From Deltaproteobacteria bacterium (GTDB taxonomy: Bacteria > SAR324 > NAC60-12): a stretch of DNA of 64,000 nt. The stretch is from contig JAYOTF010000001.1 of the NCBI GenBank assembly GCA_038150265.1, positions 3,071 through 67,070 of the forward strand, given 5' to 3'. The position numbers and the translations under genes are program-made. Of this stretch, positions 51,055 through 60,829 are shown piece after piece; the stretch's first letter is position 1, and every line of letters starts with the position of its first letter. The notes below the pieces were generated by a model. That model did not search any database. It was not told where the DNA came from and saw nothing but the letters and a program-made list of their open reading frames with translations.

Positions 51055-51935
51055 CAGGATTGCCGGAGGAAGGTTTCCAGTTCCTCCAGCTTCAGGCGCA
51101 GGCGCAGGTCCATGTCAGGATCCGGAAGCTTGAGGCGTAGGACAAAGGTGGCGGTCTGCACCACGTTTCGCCAACGGGGATGGCGTGGAAGGCGTTCGAG
51201 GGAGAGGTACTTTTCGAGGGTACGGGGGTAGGCCCCGCCGTCCGGATCACGCGAGACGGTCCAGAGTCCACTTGCTTCTGCAAGCTCGACCACCCCGGCA
51301 CCGGTCCCAGATTCCCACAGCCGGACTGCCAGCTGTAGGGTTTCCACCAGGGCTCGGCGCACAGAAGGTGGCTCGGTTGCCGAAGAGGAAAGCAGCTCCG
51401 GAAGCTCGGCAAACACCTCAGCCGATGCTTCCGTCAACAGAGATGGACTGCGATGAAACAGTCCTTGGACTTCATGGACCATCTGATCCATCTGCCCCAG
51501 TCGTTGCTGAAGTACCAGATGCAGCTTCCGTTGAGTTCCCAGCTCCTCTAGCAGCCGGCGCTGAACTCGCTCCAGTCGCAAGGCCGCTCCCACCCGGGCT
51601 CGGAACTCCACAGCCCCAACCGGTTTGCGCAGAAAATCCCGGGCGCCAGCATCCAGGCATTCAGCAAGGAGGCTTTCCGAATCATCAGCGGTGATCATGA
51701 TCACAGGCAAGCGACGGTGCTGTGGGTGCCCCTGCAGACGCTTCAGCAGTTCCAGTCCCCCACCTTCCGGAAAGTGGACATCCAACAACAGCAGCTCAAT
51801 CGGCTCCTGCGCCAGAATGTTGCCGACAAACTCCAGTCCCAGCGCAAACTGGCAGGTGTGCCCCGACTGCCGAACCAGCGCCTGAAGCTGCTGCACCGTC
51901 GCTGCGTCGTCATCGACAATCAGAAGTTTGGCCAT
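51054..51935 (-). CDS. response regulator with ChiS-like C-terminal DNA-binding domain
   Basis: REC (IVDDD, LLLD, ITA, KP) plus C-terminal LAEASGLW.V...RTLEKYL...LP..PRWR.V motif. Confidence 0.75.
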   Translation of the reverse strand: MAKLLIVDDDAATVQQLQALVRQSGHTCQFALGLEFVGNILAQEPIELLLLDVHFPEGGGLELLKRLQGHPQHRRLPVIMITADDSESLLAECLDAGARDFLRKPVGAVEFRARVGAALRLERVQRRLLEELGTQRKLHLVLQQRLGQMDQMVHEVQGLFHRSPSLLTEASAEVFAELPELLSSSATEPPSVRRALVETLQLAVRLWESGTGAGVVELAEASGLWTVSRDPDGGAYPRTLEKYLSLERLPRHPRWRNVVQTATFVLRLKLPDPDMDLRLRLKLEELETFLRQS

Positions 51936-52115
51936 GATTTCTCCCAGGTTGATTGCTACAAGCCCGTTCTAGGCACTCCCCCTCTGAGTTGCAAGCGTTG
52001 GTCACGCTTTTACAGGTTTTGACAGAAGCGAACAGGCAAGGAGATTGTGCTTACAGATCCTTTTCTTGACAATGGCTTTTTTGCCCCGAACTCCCCTTCT
52101 TTCAGCAAGGTGATC

Positions 52116-53300
52116 ATGAATAAGCTCTTCCTCGTTTTTGTCTTGGGAACCAGCCTAGCCCTTTTCGGTTGCAGTGACAGCAACAACGGTTCAACCGCCT
52201 CAGCAGATTCCTCCGGGTCGGCCATGACCATGGCTTTTGTGCAGACGACAACGGCCATGGAAACGGTTACAGACCTGCAACCGGCTGCTCGCTCTGCCGG
52301 AAAGGCATTTAGCGACAACGGCACCGACCTCTGGAACGCGACCGCCTCGGAAGTCTTCTGGGACGACACAGCCAGCTCCCCAACGTTGATCAGCCCGAAA
52401 GCATGGATGCGGATTCAGCTTGATGCAGATGCGCAGCGGAGCAATGGCTCGAAGATTTCCATCTTCGGTCGGTTCCGGGAAGCCCTGACCTTCTTTTGTG
52501 CCGTGGGTCTGGGGTTGGACAGCAGCCAACTGGACGCTGACAACTACCCCGAAGATGGTACCCTGACCATGAGCATTACCACTGAAACCGCAACCGCGTT
52601 CCGTTCCTCCTGCGGCATTGAAGACGCGATGAATTATGTCGGTGGTGATCTGAAGATGATTGTGACCACACCGAGCGACACCACGGCCTACGACAAGCAG
52701 GTGGTTCTGACCCTACCAACTGGAGGGACCCAGACTTTTCTGTTGCGTTCCGACGGCAGTGAGATCAATGTGGCCACTCTGGAGGTCAACAGCTACGGAA
52801 TCAGCCGCACCGTTGTCGATTACGACTTAAGCAACCTTTTGCTGAAAGTCGAGTACCTCTCGGCTCCGGACAACAGTACGCTTGGGGAGAGCGACACCCT
52901 TTACACCTACCGCTTGCTTGTTGATCAGGCCAACGATGAGGCGCACCTGATGATGGGCTTTCATGAAGAGCATCCATCCGGCAGCGATAAGGACGTGCGC
53001 TACATCCTGGCCGGGAAACCTGTGCTGGGCAATCAGTACTCGCTGACCTTGGAATCGACCGCCTTGAATTCCGGGCAGTACGAAGCGTGTGTCAGTGCTA
53101 CTAACGGCACCCTGGTGTCAGACAACAGCAGCTGTGGCGATGGTCTGACCACCGTTGCAGGAATCGATGTGGACGGCTCCGTCGTGGATGGCTTTGCCGG
53201 TAGTTGGAACCCTGGCCATTACAACACCGTCGGTGCCGCGACGACCCGACTGAGCTTCACCAAAGCAACTTTCGCTTCGGCCTCCTTCAGCCAGGACTGA
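52116..53300 (+). CDS. hypothetical lipoprotein
   Basis: MNKLFLVFVLGTSLALFG-C lipobox; Ser/Thr/Asp-rich; start set at ATG 52116. Confidence 0.75.
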   Translation: MNKLFLVFVLGTSLALFGCSDSNNGSTASADSSGSAMTMAFVQTTTAMETVTDLQPAARSAGKAFSDNGTDLWNATASEVFWDDTASSPTLISPKAWMRIQLDADAQRSNGSKISIFGRFREALTFFCAVGLGLDSSQLDADNYPEDGTLTMSITTETATAFRSSCGIEDAMNYVGGDLKMIVTTPSDTTAYDKQVVLTLPTGGTQTFLLRSDGSEINVATLEVNSYGISRTVVDYDLSNLLLKVEYLSAPDNSTLGESDTLYTYRLLVDQANDEAHLMMGFHEEHPSGSDKDVRYILAGKPVLGNQYSLTLESTALNSGQYEACVSATNGTLVSDNSSCGDGLTTVAGIDVDGSVVDGFAGSWNPGHYNTVGAATTRLSFTKATFASASFSQD

Positions 53301-53470
53301 AACCAGGAAGGCGCCCGCTTGCAGGTCCCAGATGCTCGGGTGCCCCACCGAGCCATCTGGCTTCCACTCGGGTGACAGGCCCCACTTTTTTCCGAATTGT
53401 TTGGAGTCTTTGGGGCAAACTCACTATCCTTTAGGTTCGTTGCCCGCTGCCCTAGATTCAGGTTTGAGCC

Positions 53471-54106
53471 ATTTTTCGTCGATCCGTTTTTGTTCTCCTT
53501 CTGGCACTGTTCCTTGTTTCCGGAACCCTTTCGGCTCAGGATGCGGTTGAGCTTCTGAGCGGACGGGCCGAGCTGCAACGGGGCAGTCGCCTGCTAGAGG
53601 TGACTGCTCGTCCGGAACCCCTGGAAGCCGGAGACGTGCTGAGGACCTTTGAGGAAGGACGCCTGCAGCTGCAGTTCCGCAGTGGAGACACCCTCACCCT
53701 TGCGCCTGACACCGAGGTTCGTTACGAGCCGTCGGCGCGTGAACCCCAGTCCTTCACCCTCACCCTCAAGGGCCAGGTTCTGGCTCGCATTGCCCCATTG
53801 CAGGGGGCACGACGGGTGATCCTCCGGACCCCCAACGCAGCCGTTTCGGTGCGGGGAACTGAGTTTGTGGTTCAGTTTCTTCGTCAGGAAACTGCCGTTG
53901 GCACCCTGGAGGGCCTGGTGGAGTTGACCGCGTTAGGAGGAGGCTCCATTGAAGTCCCTGCCGGAAGCCGCTCTGGAGTCAACGCCTCCGGAACCGTGCT
54001 GCCGCTCTCCGAGTTTGCCGGAGAGATGCTCAAGGACTTCGAGTTTGCCGGAGAACAGATGGACCCCAGTGGCGCTGCAGGAGAACGCATTGACCTGAGT
54101 CGCTAA
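53471..54106 (+). CDS. exported FecR-domain protein (true start non-canonical or frameshifted)
   Basis: GDVLRT, TPNAAVSVRGTEF, LEG.V FecR motifs. The frame is open upstream of GTG 53600 through a signal peptide beginning at ATT 53471. Confidence 0.75.
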   Translation: MFRRSVFVLLLALFLVSGTLSAQDAVELLSGRAELQRGSRLLEVTARPEPLEAGDVLRTFEEGRLQLQFRSGDTLTLAPDTEVRYEPSAREPQSFTLTLKGQVLARIAPLQGARRVILRTPNAAVSVRGTEFVVQFLRQETAVGTLEGLVELTALGGGSIEVPAGSRSGVNASGTVLPLSEFAGEMLKDFEFAGEQMDPSGAAGERIDLSR

Positions 54107-54126
54107 CCCTCAGCCGAGGTTTTGCC

Positions 54127-55362
54127 ATGTTGATGCGCGCGTGGCTGGCGTTCCTGCTGGCCTTCTCCCTGTCCCTTCCCCTCTCTGCAGCCGATCTCTT
54201 TCAGCTGACGGTCACTTCCGGGGGCACTTCCGAACAGCAAAGCTACAGCTCTGCAGGAGACCTTCCCAACTACGATACCATTCAGCAGCAGTTCACCAAT
54301 GTGAGCGACTGGAACACCAGCGCGCTCGACCTCACCCTGAACTACCGGGGCATCGACCTGGTGGCCACCTATGCCCAAAACAGCACCACCGTCTCCTTTG
54401 AGATTCCGGAGCTGAATCGCTCCTGGACCTTCACCGGGACTTCCCGGACCAGCAGCTGGGATCAGCTTTCGGATGCCCTCGCCCAGCAAGAGGACCTGGT
54501 CAACGAGCTGCTGCGGCTAATGGCCAAAACGACGCCCAATGATCCGGTCGCAGGGAATCCTTCCAGCCTGATGGATGGGTTGGTGACCACCGACTTCAAT
54601 GCCGTCTTCCTTGCTGAAGACCCTGCGCCTGTTTCGCCTGTCAGCTCAGGCGTCACCAGCGTCAGCGCAGACACCACGGAACAGGCCGAGGCGCCGAATA
54701 CCGCTGGAATCGGACTCGGCTACAGCAGCTACGAGCAGGGCAGCTCCAGCGTCAACACGACGCTGCTGCCCCTTTCGTACACGTGGATGCTCGATGCGCA
54801 GGGCGACCGCAAGCTCACCTTCCGCTTTCCGCTTTCCCAGGTTGAAGTGGATGGCGTCTCTGGCTATGCGGTGGGACTCGGCCTGAGCTACTTTCACACC
54901 ATGAACCCGAACTGGTCACTGACCCCCGCCTTCAACTACGGCGTCACAGCCTCGGAAGGCCTTGGTTCCGGAGGGGCCCTCATCAGCCTCGCCGTGACCA
55001 GCATCTATGACCTGGAACTCAGCCCGGTGACCCTGCGATTCGGCAACCAGGTGGGCCAGTATCAGTCGCAGCCCCTCAGCGTGGGCGGCACCACTTACGA
55101 TGCCAACCTCTCCAACGTCGCCTTCCGGAACGGCCTCATCGTCCAGTTCTCCACAGACCAGTGGGTCGCCAACTCACAGCTGGAGCCCTATGTGATCGAC
55201 ACCCGCTACACCGGCACCGAGCTTTACATCATGCAGTACTACGAGTTTGGCCTGACCTTCAATGGGTGGCTCTTCCCTGGCTCCTTCCTGACGCTCAATC
55301 AGCTCAGCGCCGAGGACGGCAAGGCCAGCGGCACCAGCCTTCTCTTCCGTGCCCTCTTCTAA
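54127..55362 (+). CDS. hypothetical outer-membrane protein (N-terminal domain plus C-terminal beta-barrel)
   Basis: Signal peptide (PLSA-A), DPVAGNPSSLM linker, amphipathic beta-strands, C-terminal Phe. Confidence 0.7.
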   Translation: MLMRAWLAFLLAFSLSLPLSAADLFQLTVTSGGTSEQQSYSSAGDLPNYDTIQQQFTNVSDWNTSALDLTLNYRGIDLVATYAQNSTTVSFEIPELNRSWTFTGTSRTSSWDQLSDALAQQEDLVNELLRLMAKTTPNDPVAGNPSSLMDGLVTTDFNAVFLAEDPAPVSPVSSGVTSVSADTTEQAEAPNTAGIGLGYSSYEQGSSSVNTTLLPLSYTWMLDAQGDRKLTFRFPLSQVEVDGVSGYAVGLGLSYFHTMNPNWSLTPAFNYGVTASEGLGSGGALISLAVTSIYDLELSPVTLRFGNQVGQYQSQPLSVGGTTYDANLSNVAFRNGLIVQFSTDQWVANSQLEPYVIDTRYTGTELYIMQYYEFGLTFNGWLFPGSFLTLNQLSAEDGKASGTSLLFRALF

Positions 55363-55411
55363 CCCGATCCAGCCGTTGCTCTGAAGCAGCGGCTGCCCTC
55401 TGCTGGATGCC

Positions 55412-55795
55412 ATGAGCCGCTGGATGTTCCTGATGCTGATGACCCTGGGAGCAGGCTTGCCCCTGGCTCAGTCCCCTCCGGTCGGCTCAGCAAGTGGTGG
55501 CGGATTCTTTCTGTACCGAGAGCCAGTTGAGCAGTACTGGAACGACTGGGCCGCATTTCCACTGCTGGACCCGGCGGAGCTTCCTGCCTCCGGACAGGTT
55601 CGGATCACGATCACCGGCGAGGGCAAGACGGCGTCCTTCATTGGCAACCTCAGCCTCAACTGTGCAAATGGCCGGTTCTTTTGGGAAAGCGCCGGTGCGG
55701 AATCGACCTTTCTGACCGGAGTCGATCAAATCAACGCGAGGGTGCCAGCCCCCGTCCTCCGCAACGCCGTAACGCTCTTCTGCCAACCTCGCTGA
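55412..55795 (+). CDS. small exported hypothetical protein
   Basis: Signal peptide, two Cys, same strand as neighbours. Confidence 0.65.
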   Translation: MSRWMFLMLMTLGAGLPLAQSPPVGSASGGGFFLYREPVEQYWNDWAAFPLLDPAELPASGQVRITITGEGKTASFIGNLSLNCANGRFFWESAGAESTFLTGVDQINARVPAPVLRNAVTLFCQPR

Positions 55796-55865
55796 GGTCT
55801 CCCTCCCCCAAACGCCCCTCCGGAAGCGTCTGCATTTTTTCCTTGCAGGGTTTTGCCAACTCGAT

Positions 55866-55885
55866 AAATTAGTATTTACTAATTT
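55866..55885. promoter_or_regulatory. palindromic operator upstream of the Fe3+-binding protein gene
   Basis: AAATTAGTA-TT-TACTAATTT perfect 9-bp inverted repeat in an AT-rich promoter region. Confidence 0.65.
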
Positions 55886-55906
55886 TTTAATTAACCCACC
55901 CTAAGG

Positions 55907-56941
55907 ATGAACGTCATGTGGAAAAAATGGGCCGGTGCCTTGGCAGCGCTGTTGGTCGGAACCTCTGTTTGGAGCGCCGAAATCAATGTTCTCTCAGAGC
56001 GTCAGGAGTTTCTGCTCCGGCCATTTCTGGAGCGCTTTGAGCAGGAGACCGGAATTGAGGTCAACGTTTCGTACCTGGGGAAGGGAATGCTGGAACGGCT
56101 TCAGCAGCAGCCAGGCGCCATTGACCTGGTTCTGACCACGGACATTGCCAACCTGAACGCCATGGCAGAGGCCAACCTGTTTGAGCCGTTTGACTCGGCG
56201 GTAATCGAGCAAAACGTCCCCGCGCAGTTTCAGGATGCAGAAAACCGCTGGACGGCGCTGACGGCACGCGCCCGGATCCTTTACTACTCCCTGGAGCGGG
56301 TCAAGCCAGAGGAGCTGGACCGCTACGAAGACCTCGCCGACCCAAAGTGGAAGGAGCGCATCTGTGTCCGCTCTGGGTACCACAACTACAACGTGGCGCT
56401 GGTGGCTTCCTTGCTGGAACACCATGGCGTTGAAGAAACTCGGGCGTGGCTGCAGGGCCTCAAGGACAACCTCGCCCGGCGGCCTCAAGGGAACGACCGG
56501 GGACAGGTGAAGGCCATTTATGAAGGGCTCTGTGATGTTTCTTTGGGGAACACCTATTACATGGGCGCCATGCTCGCCGATCCGGAGCAGCAGAGTTGGG
56601 CGCAGGCGGTGGGCATCTTCTTCCCCAACCAGCAAGACCAGGGCACTCACATGAACATCTCTGGCGGTGCGCTGGTTCGAGACGGACAGCACCTTCCGGA
56701 AGCTCAGCAGCTGCTCGAGTTCCTGGTGCAGAAAGAAGCGCAGTACCTCTATGCCCAGGCCAACCACGAGTATCCGGTGCGACCCGGCACGCCGCTCTCC
56801 GAAATCGTCCGGAACTTCGGGAGGGAGCAGCCGGGCGTGCAGGAGGGGGTGTTCAAGCAGGACGACCTTGCGCTGAGCAAGGTCGCACATCGACGTGCCG
56901 ACGCCATCCGGTTGCTGGACGAAGTCGGCTTCGACCAATAA
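55907..56941 (+). CDS. Fe(III) ABC transporter substrate-binding protein (FutA/FbpA-like)
   Basis: YEDLADPKWK..IC.RSG.H.YN, PQGNDRGQ, NTYY (Tyr-Tyr iron ligands), HMNISG, NHEYP. Confidence 0.9.
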   Translation: MNVMWKKWAGALAALLVGTSVWSAEINVLSERQEFLLRPFLERFEQETGIEVNVSYLGKGMLERLQQQPGAIDLVLTTDIANLNAMAEANLFEPFDSAVIEQNVPAQFQDAENRWTALTARARILYYSLERVKPEELDRYEDLADPKWKERICVRSGYHNYNVALVASLLEHHGVEETRAWLQGLKDNLARRPQGNDRGQVKAIYEGLCDVSLGNTYYMGAMLADPEQQSWAQAVGIFFPNQQDQGTHMNISGGALVRDGQHLPEAQQLLEFLVQKEAQYLYAQANHEYPVRPGTPLSEIVRNFGREQPGVQEGVFKQDDLALSKVAHRRADAIRLLDEVGFDQ

Positions 56942-57022
56942 CCGAGCCTCACCCGATCAGCACATCCGGGGCGGCTGCGTCCGTCCATGACGAACAGCAA
57001 ACGCAATGGACGGAAGAGGGCC

Positions 57023-57991
57023 TCAAATTTCAGCCGTCACCAGGGCTTCGGCTTCCTGACGGGCCACATCGGCCAGCGGGGTGCTCAGGTAGCGCTCCGC
57101 AAAGCTGGCGCAGATGACCACGATCTTCTTGCCCGCCATCTCCGGACGCGCTCCCACCTGCAAGGCGGCCCAGATCGCGGCTCCGGAGGAAATCCCCACC
57201 GGAATGCCTTCCACGACTCCCATGCGACGCGCAGTTGCAAAGGCGTCCTCATTGGTCACCTGCACGACCTCATCAAGGAGGTCCACGTTCAGGTTTTCAG
57301 GAATGAACCCGGCCCCGATTCCCTGAATTTTGTGGGGTCCGGGCTGCCCTCCACTGATGACCGGGCTGGCGGCGGGTTCCACCGCAATGGCCTGAAAGGA
57401 CGGCTTCCGAGACTTGATCACGTCGGCAACTCCGGTGATGGTTCCCCCCGTTCCCACGCCAGCGATCAGGGCATCCACCTCGCCCTCGGTGTCGTTCCAG
57501 ATCTCCAGCGCCGTCGTCTGACGGTGCACCTCCGGATTGGCGGGATTGTTGAACTGCTGAGGCATGAAGCCCCGCGCGCCCTGCTCCGCGACAATCTGCT
57601 CGGCTTTCGCAATCGCGCCCCCCATGCCCCGTGCGCCCGGAGTCAACACGATCTCGGCCCCCAGCATCCGGAAGAGGATCCGTCGCTCCACCGACATCGT
57701 CTCTGGCATCGTCAGAATGAGCCGATAGTTTCGGGCCGCACAGGCAAAGGCCAGCCCGATTCCGGTGTTTCCAGAGGTGGGCTCCACAACCACACCATCC
57801 GGAGGCAGCAGGCCTTCCGCCTCGGCCGCGTTGATCATCGCGACCCCAATGCGGTCCTTCACACTGGACATTGGGTTGAAAAACTCGCACTTGGCATACA
57901 CCTCGGCCGCCAGACCTTCCGTTACTTTATTCAACCGAATCAAGGGGGTATTCCCGACACTTCGGGTCACATCCGTTACCAGCATACGCAT
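57023..57991 (-). CDS. cysK: cysteine synthase A
   Basis: [13 protein letters not shown] (PLP Lys), [30 protein letters not shown]. Start could be 57985. Confidence 0.96.
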   Translation of the reverse strand: MRMLVTDVTRSVGNTPLIRLNKVTEGLAAEVYAKCEFFNPMSSVKDRIGVAMINAAEAEGLLPPDGVVVEPTSGNTGIGLAFACAARNYRLILTMPETMSVERRILFRMLGAEIVLTPGARGMGGAIAKAEQIVAEQGARGFMPQQFNNPANPEVHRQTTALEIWNDTEGEVDALIAGVGTGGTITGVADVIKSRKPSFQAIAVEPAASPVISGGQPGPHKIQGIGAGFIPENLNVDLLDEVVQVTNEDAFATARRMGVVEGIPVGISSGAAIWAALQVGARPEMAGKKIVVICASFAERYLSTPLADVARQEAEALVTAEI

Positions 57992-58095
57992 CCACTCCAG
58001 CTATAGGTCCAATCAAACAACGGGAAACAGGCCTCCATTTTCAGCGAACGCCCTTCAATTTTCAATATATTAAAATAATTCCAATTTAAGATAAT

Positions 58096-59208
58096 TCACT
58101 CAAATGGGTCCAGTGGGCTCCCGCTGGTGCCGACGTCCCGCTGCGCAATGGCAACGGATTTGATGATGGCAAAGCAGAGCGTGCCCGGAGCCAACGCCAG
58201 CGCTTGAGCAGACCGTCGGGTCAGGCGCGCCAGCAGTCGGTCGGTCCCGGACTGCAGCACCACGATCACACCGGGTCCGGACCCTTCATGGATGCTGATG
58301 ACCGTCGCCGGGAGCTGATTCAGGGCGCTGATCTGTTCCGGAGGTTTCAGGGAAAGAATGACCTCATGGGCCAGAATGCGCAGGCGGAGCTCGCTTCCGG
58401 GAGCCGCCTGGCACTGAGGAAGCAGCAGGCGTCCGGAACTGACAGACAGCTCGGTCAGACCGTCGTCGTGGTGCTGGAGGACCTTTGCCGCAACCACGGC
58501 CCCGGCTTCTCGGATGCCAAGCGTGGGCACCACCTCGGGATCCGAAAGCACCTCGGCTGCCGGTCCGGAACGCACAATTTTGCCGTTTTCCAAAATCACC
58601 ACCGTGGTGGCGAGGCGTCCGACCTCGGCCAGGGAGTGGCTGACGTAGAGGATCGGGATGCGTGTTTCATCCCGGAGGCGCTCCAGGTAAGGCAGAATTT
58701 CCGCTTTCCGGGGCTCATCCAGCGCTGCCAGGGGCTCATCCATCAGCAACAGGCGAGGTCCACTCAGCAGCGCCCGACCGATCGCGACCCGTTGCTTTTC
58801 TCCTCCTGAGAGCGCCCCGGGCTTCCGTTTGAGGAGGTGCTCAATGCCAAGCAGCGTCACCACCCGTTCCACCGGGACCAGGTCTGCGTCCCGTGGGGCA
58901 AACCAGCGCCCAAACTTCAGGTTTTGCTGCACGGTCAGGTGCGGAAAGAGCCGACCTTCTTGAAAAACGTACCCCATTCGGCGACGGTGGCTCGGCACCG
59001 TGAGCCGCTGCTGACTATCAAAGAGGCATTCCCCCTGAAGCACCAGGCGTCCGGACTGAGGCCGAAAGAGTCCGGCCACGGCATTCACAACCGTGGTCTT
59101 GCCCGAGCCGGAGCGTCCGAACAGCACCGTGACGCCTTCCGGAGCAGAAAAGGAGACATCGAGCGCAAAGCGGGGAAACTGATGCTGCAGGGAAACCTCA
59201 AGGCTCAT
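58096..59208 (-). CDS. modC: molybdate ABC transporter ATP-binding protein
   Basis: GRSGSGKT, VFQEGRLFPHL, LSGGEKQRVAIGRAL, C-terminal TOBE (SALN..AIIKSVA); start set at ATG 59208. Confidence 0.95.
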   Translation of the reverse strand: MSLEVSLQHQFPRFALDVSFSAPEGVTVLFGRSGSGKTTVVNAVAGLFRPQSGRLVLQGECLFDSQQRLTVPSHRRRMGYVFQEGRLFPHLTVQQNLKFGRWFAPRDADLVPVERVVTLLGIEHLLKRKPGALSGGEKQRVAIGRALLSGPRLLLMDEPLAALDEPRKAEILPYLERLRDETRIPILYVSHSLAEVGRLATTVVILENGKIVRSGPAAEVLSDPEVVPTLGIREAGAVVAAKVLQHHDDGLTELSVSSGRLLLPQCQAAPGSELRLRILAHEVILSLKPPEQISALNQLPATVISIHEGSGPGVIVVLQSGTDRLLARLTRRSAQALALAPGTLCFAIIKSVAIAQRDVGTSGSPLDPFE

Positions 59209-59900
59209 GATCCGGAAATCCTCCGGGCCACTGACTGGGCAAGCCACTCCGAAGCAGCCAGCGCCCCAAAGGCGATGAGCACCGAAACCAGCACCAGGCG
59301 CAGGGCTCCGCTTTCTCCTCCTGGCACCTGCAGGAGGGCGTAGATTGCAGAGGGCAGGGTCTGGGTTTCTCCCGGAATGCTGGAGACAAAGGTGATGGTG
59401 GCCCCAAACTCCCCCATGGCCTTGGCAAAGGAGAGGATCGCGCCAGCCACGATTCCGGGCAGAATCAACGGAAGCGTCACCAGCACAAACGTCAGGAACC
59501 GGTTGGCCCCCAGCGTCTGGGCCGCCTGCTCCAGCTTCGGGTCCACGGCCTCCAGTGCGAGGCGAATGGCCCGGACCATCAGCGGAAAGCCCATCAGGCC
59601 ACACGCCAGAGCTGCACCGGTCCAGCGAAAGGCAATCACCACCCCGAAGGCTTCTTCAAGAAAGGCCCCCAACGGTCCGCGTCTTCCAAACAGCATGAGC
59701 AGCAGGTAGCCCGTCACCACCGGAGGCAGAATCAGCGGCAGGTGGACGAGTCCGTTGAGCAGCTGCTTGCCACGGAAGTGGGTTCGTGCCAGAAGCACCG
59801 CCACGCCAATGCCCAGCGGGAGGCTCACCAGTGTGGCCCACAGCGCCACCTGGAGCGACAGCCGAACCGCCTCCCATTCTTCCGGACTCAACCCGTTCAC
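59205..59900 (-). CDS. modB: molybdate ABC transporter permease
   Basis: LPLILPPVVTGY, FPLMVR, AKAMGEFGATI, TQTLP. Confidence 0.95.
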   Translation of the reverse strand: MNGLSPEEWEAVRLSLQVALWATLVSLPLGIGVAVLLARTHFRGKQLLNGLVHLPLILPPVVTGYLLLMLFGRRGPLGAFLEEAFGVVIAFRWTGAALACGLMGFPLMVRAIRLALEAVDPKLEQAAQTLGANRFLTFVLVTLPLILPGIVAGAILSFAKAMGEFGATITFVSSIPGETQTLPSAIYALLQVPGGESGALRLVLVSVLIAFGALAASEWLAQSVARRISGS

Positions 59901-59902
59901 AG

Positions 59903-60727
59903 CTATTTGATCTCCGGTTGCATGGGTGGAGGAAGGACCGTGAAGCCCTGGGCCTCAAAGAGCGCCTGGGCGGCAGAGGAACTCAAAAACGCCAGAAAGT
60001 CGGCGGCTCCTGCGGTGGTACTCTCGGCCAGTTGGGCCACCGGGTAGACAATCGGTGGATGCGTGTCGGCAGGAAAGGTGGCCAAGACGCTCACCCGAGG
60101 CTCCGCCCGAGTATCCGTCTGATAGACCACGCCCAAGGGGGCCTCCCCTCGGGCCACCAGCGCCAGGGCCGACCGGACGTTATCCGACTGCACCACCTGG
60201 CGCTTCACCGACTCCCAAAGCCCCAGCGACTGCAGGGCGGCTTTTCCGTAAATACCCGCTGGAACCGAATCCACCAACGCCATTGCCAGGCGTTCCTCAC
60301 CCAGACGCGCCGGGAGGGCCTGCGGATCCTCCAGCGCCAGCGGTTCCGAAGCTCCGGACCCGATCAGCACCAGCTGATTGCTCAGCAGGTTCCGGCGAGT
60401 GCCCGCCTGGAGCAGGCCTTCCTGATCCAGCACCTCCATCCAGCTGAGGTTGGCCGAGATGAAGAGATCGGCCGGTGCCCCGCGTTGAAGCTGTCGGGCC
60501 AGCGCAGAACTTCCCGCATACGAAAGGGCCACCGGCTGGCCGGTCTCGGCTTCCCAGTTTGCAGCAACGGCATCCAGGGCATTCTTCAGGCTGGCTGCAG
60601 CAAACACCAGCAGCCGCTCCTGCGCCGCAAGGGGCGTCGCTCCAATCAGCAGCCCCAGCAGCAGCAGCCAAAGGGGTCGGAAGCGGAGGCGAGTGGGGGG
60701 TGAGTCAGAAGCAGGTGGCATGGTCAT
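59903..60727 (-). CDS. modA: molybdate ABC transporter substrate-binding protein
   Basis: VFAAASL, AGSSALARQ, ADLFISAN, VPAGIYG, VYQTD. Start uncertain (60721-60766). Confidence 0.93.
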   Translation of the reverse strand: MTMPPASDSPPTRLRFRPLWLLLLGLLIGATPLAAQERLLVFAAASLKNALDAVAANWEAETGQPVALSYAGSSALARQLQRGAPADLFISANLSWMEVLDQEGLLQAGTRRNLLSNQLVLIGSGASEPLALEDPQALPARLGEERLAMALVDSVPAGIYGKAALQSLGLWESVKRQVVQSDNVRSALALVARGEAPLGVVYQTDTRAEPRVSVLATFPADTHPPIVYPVAQLAESTTAGAADFLAFLSSSAAQALFEAQGFTVLPPPMQPEIK

Positions 60728-60829
60728 TTCAAGCAGGTCGGGGGAGCCGGTGGCGTTTTTCCACACATGCTACCCAACTTTGTCCGCAAAGAAAAAACGA
60801 TATGAGGGGAGTCATCGGTTTCGGGCCTG

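Noticed and set aside
53332..53550. 72-aa ORF upstream of the FecR-domain gene
   Set aside because: Atypical composition, and it overlaps the signal peptide encoded in the FecR frame.
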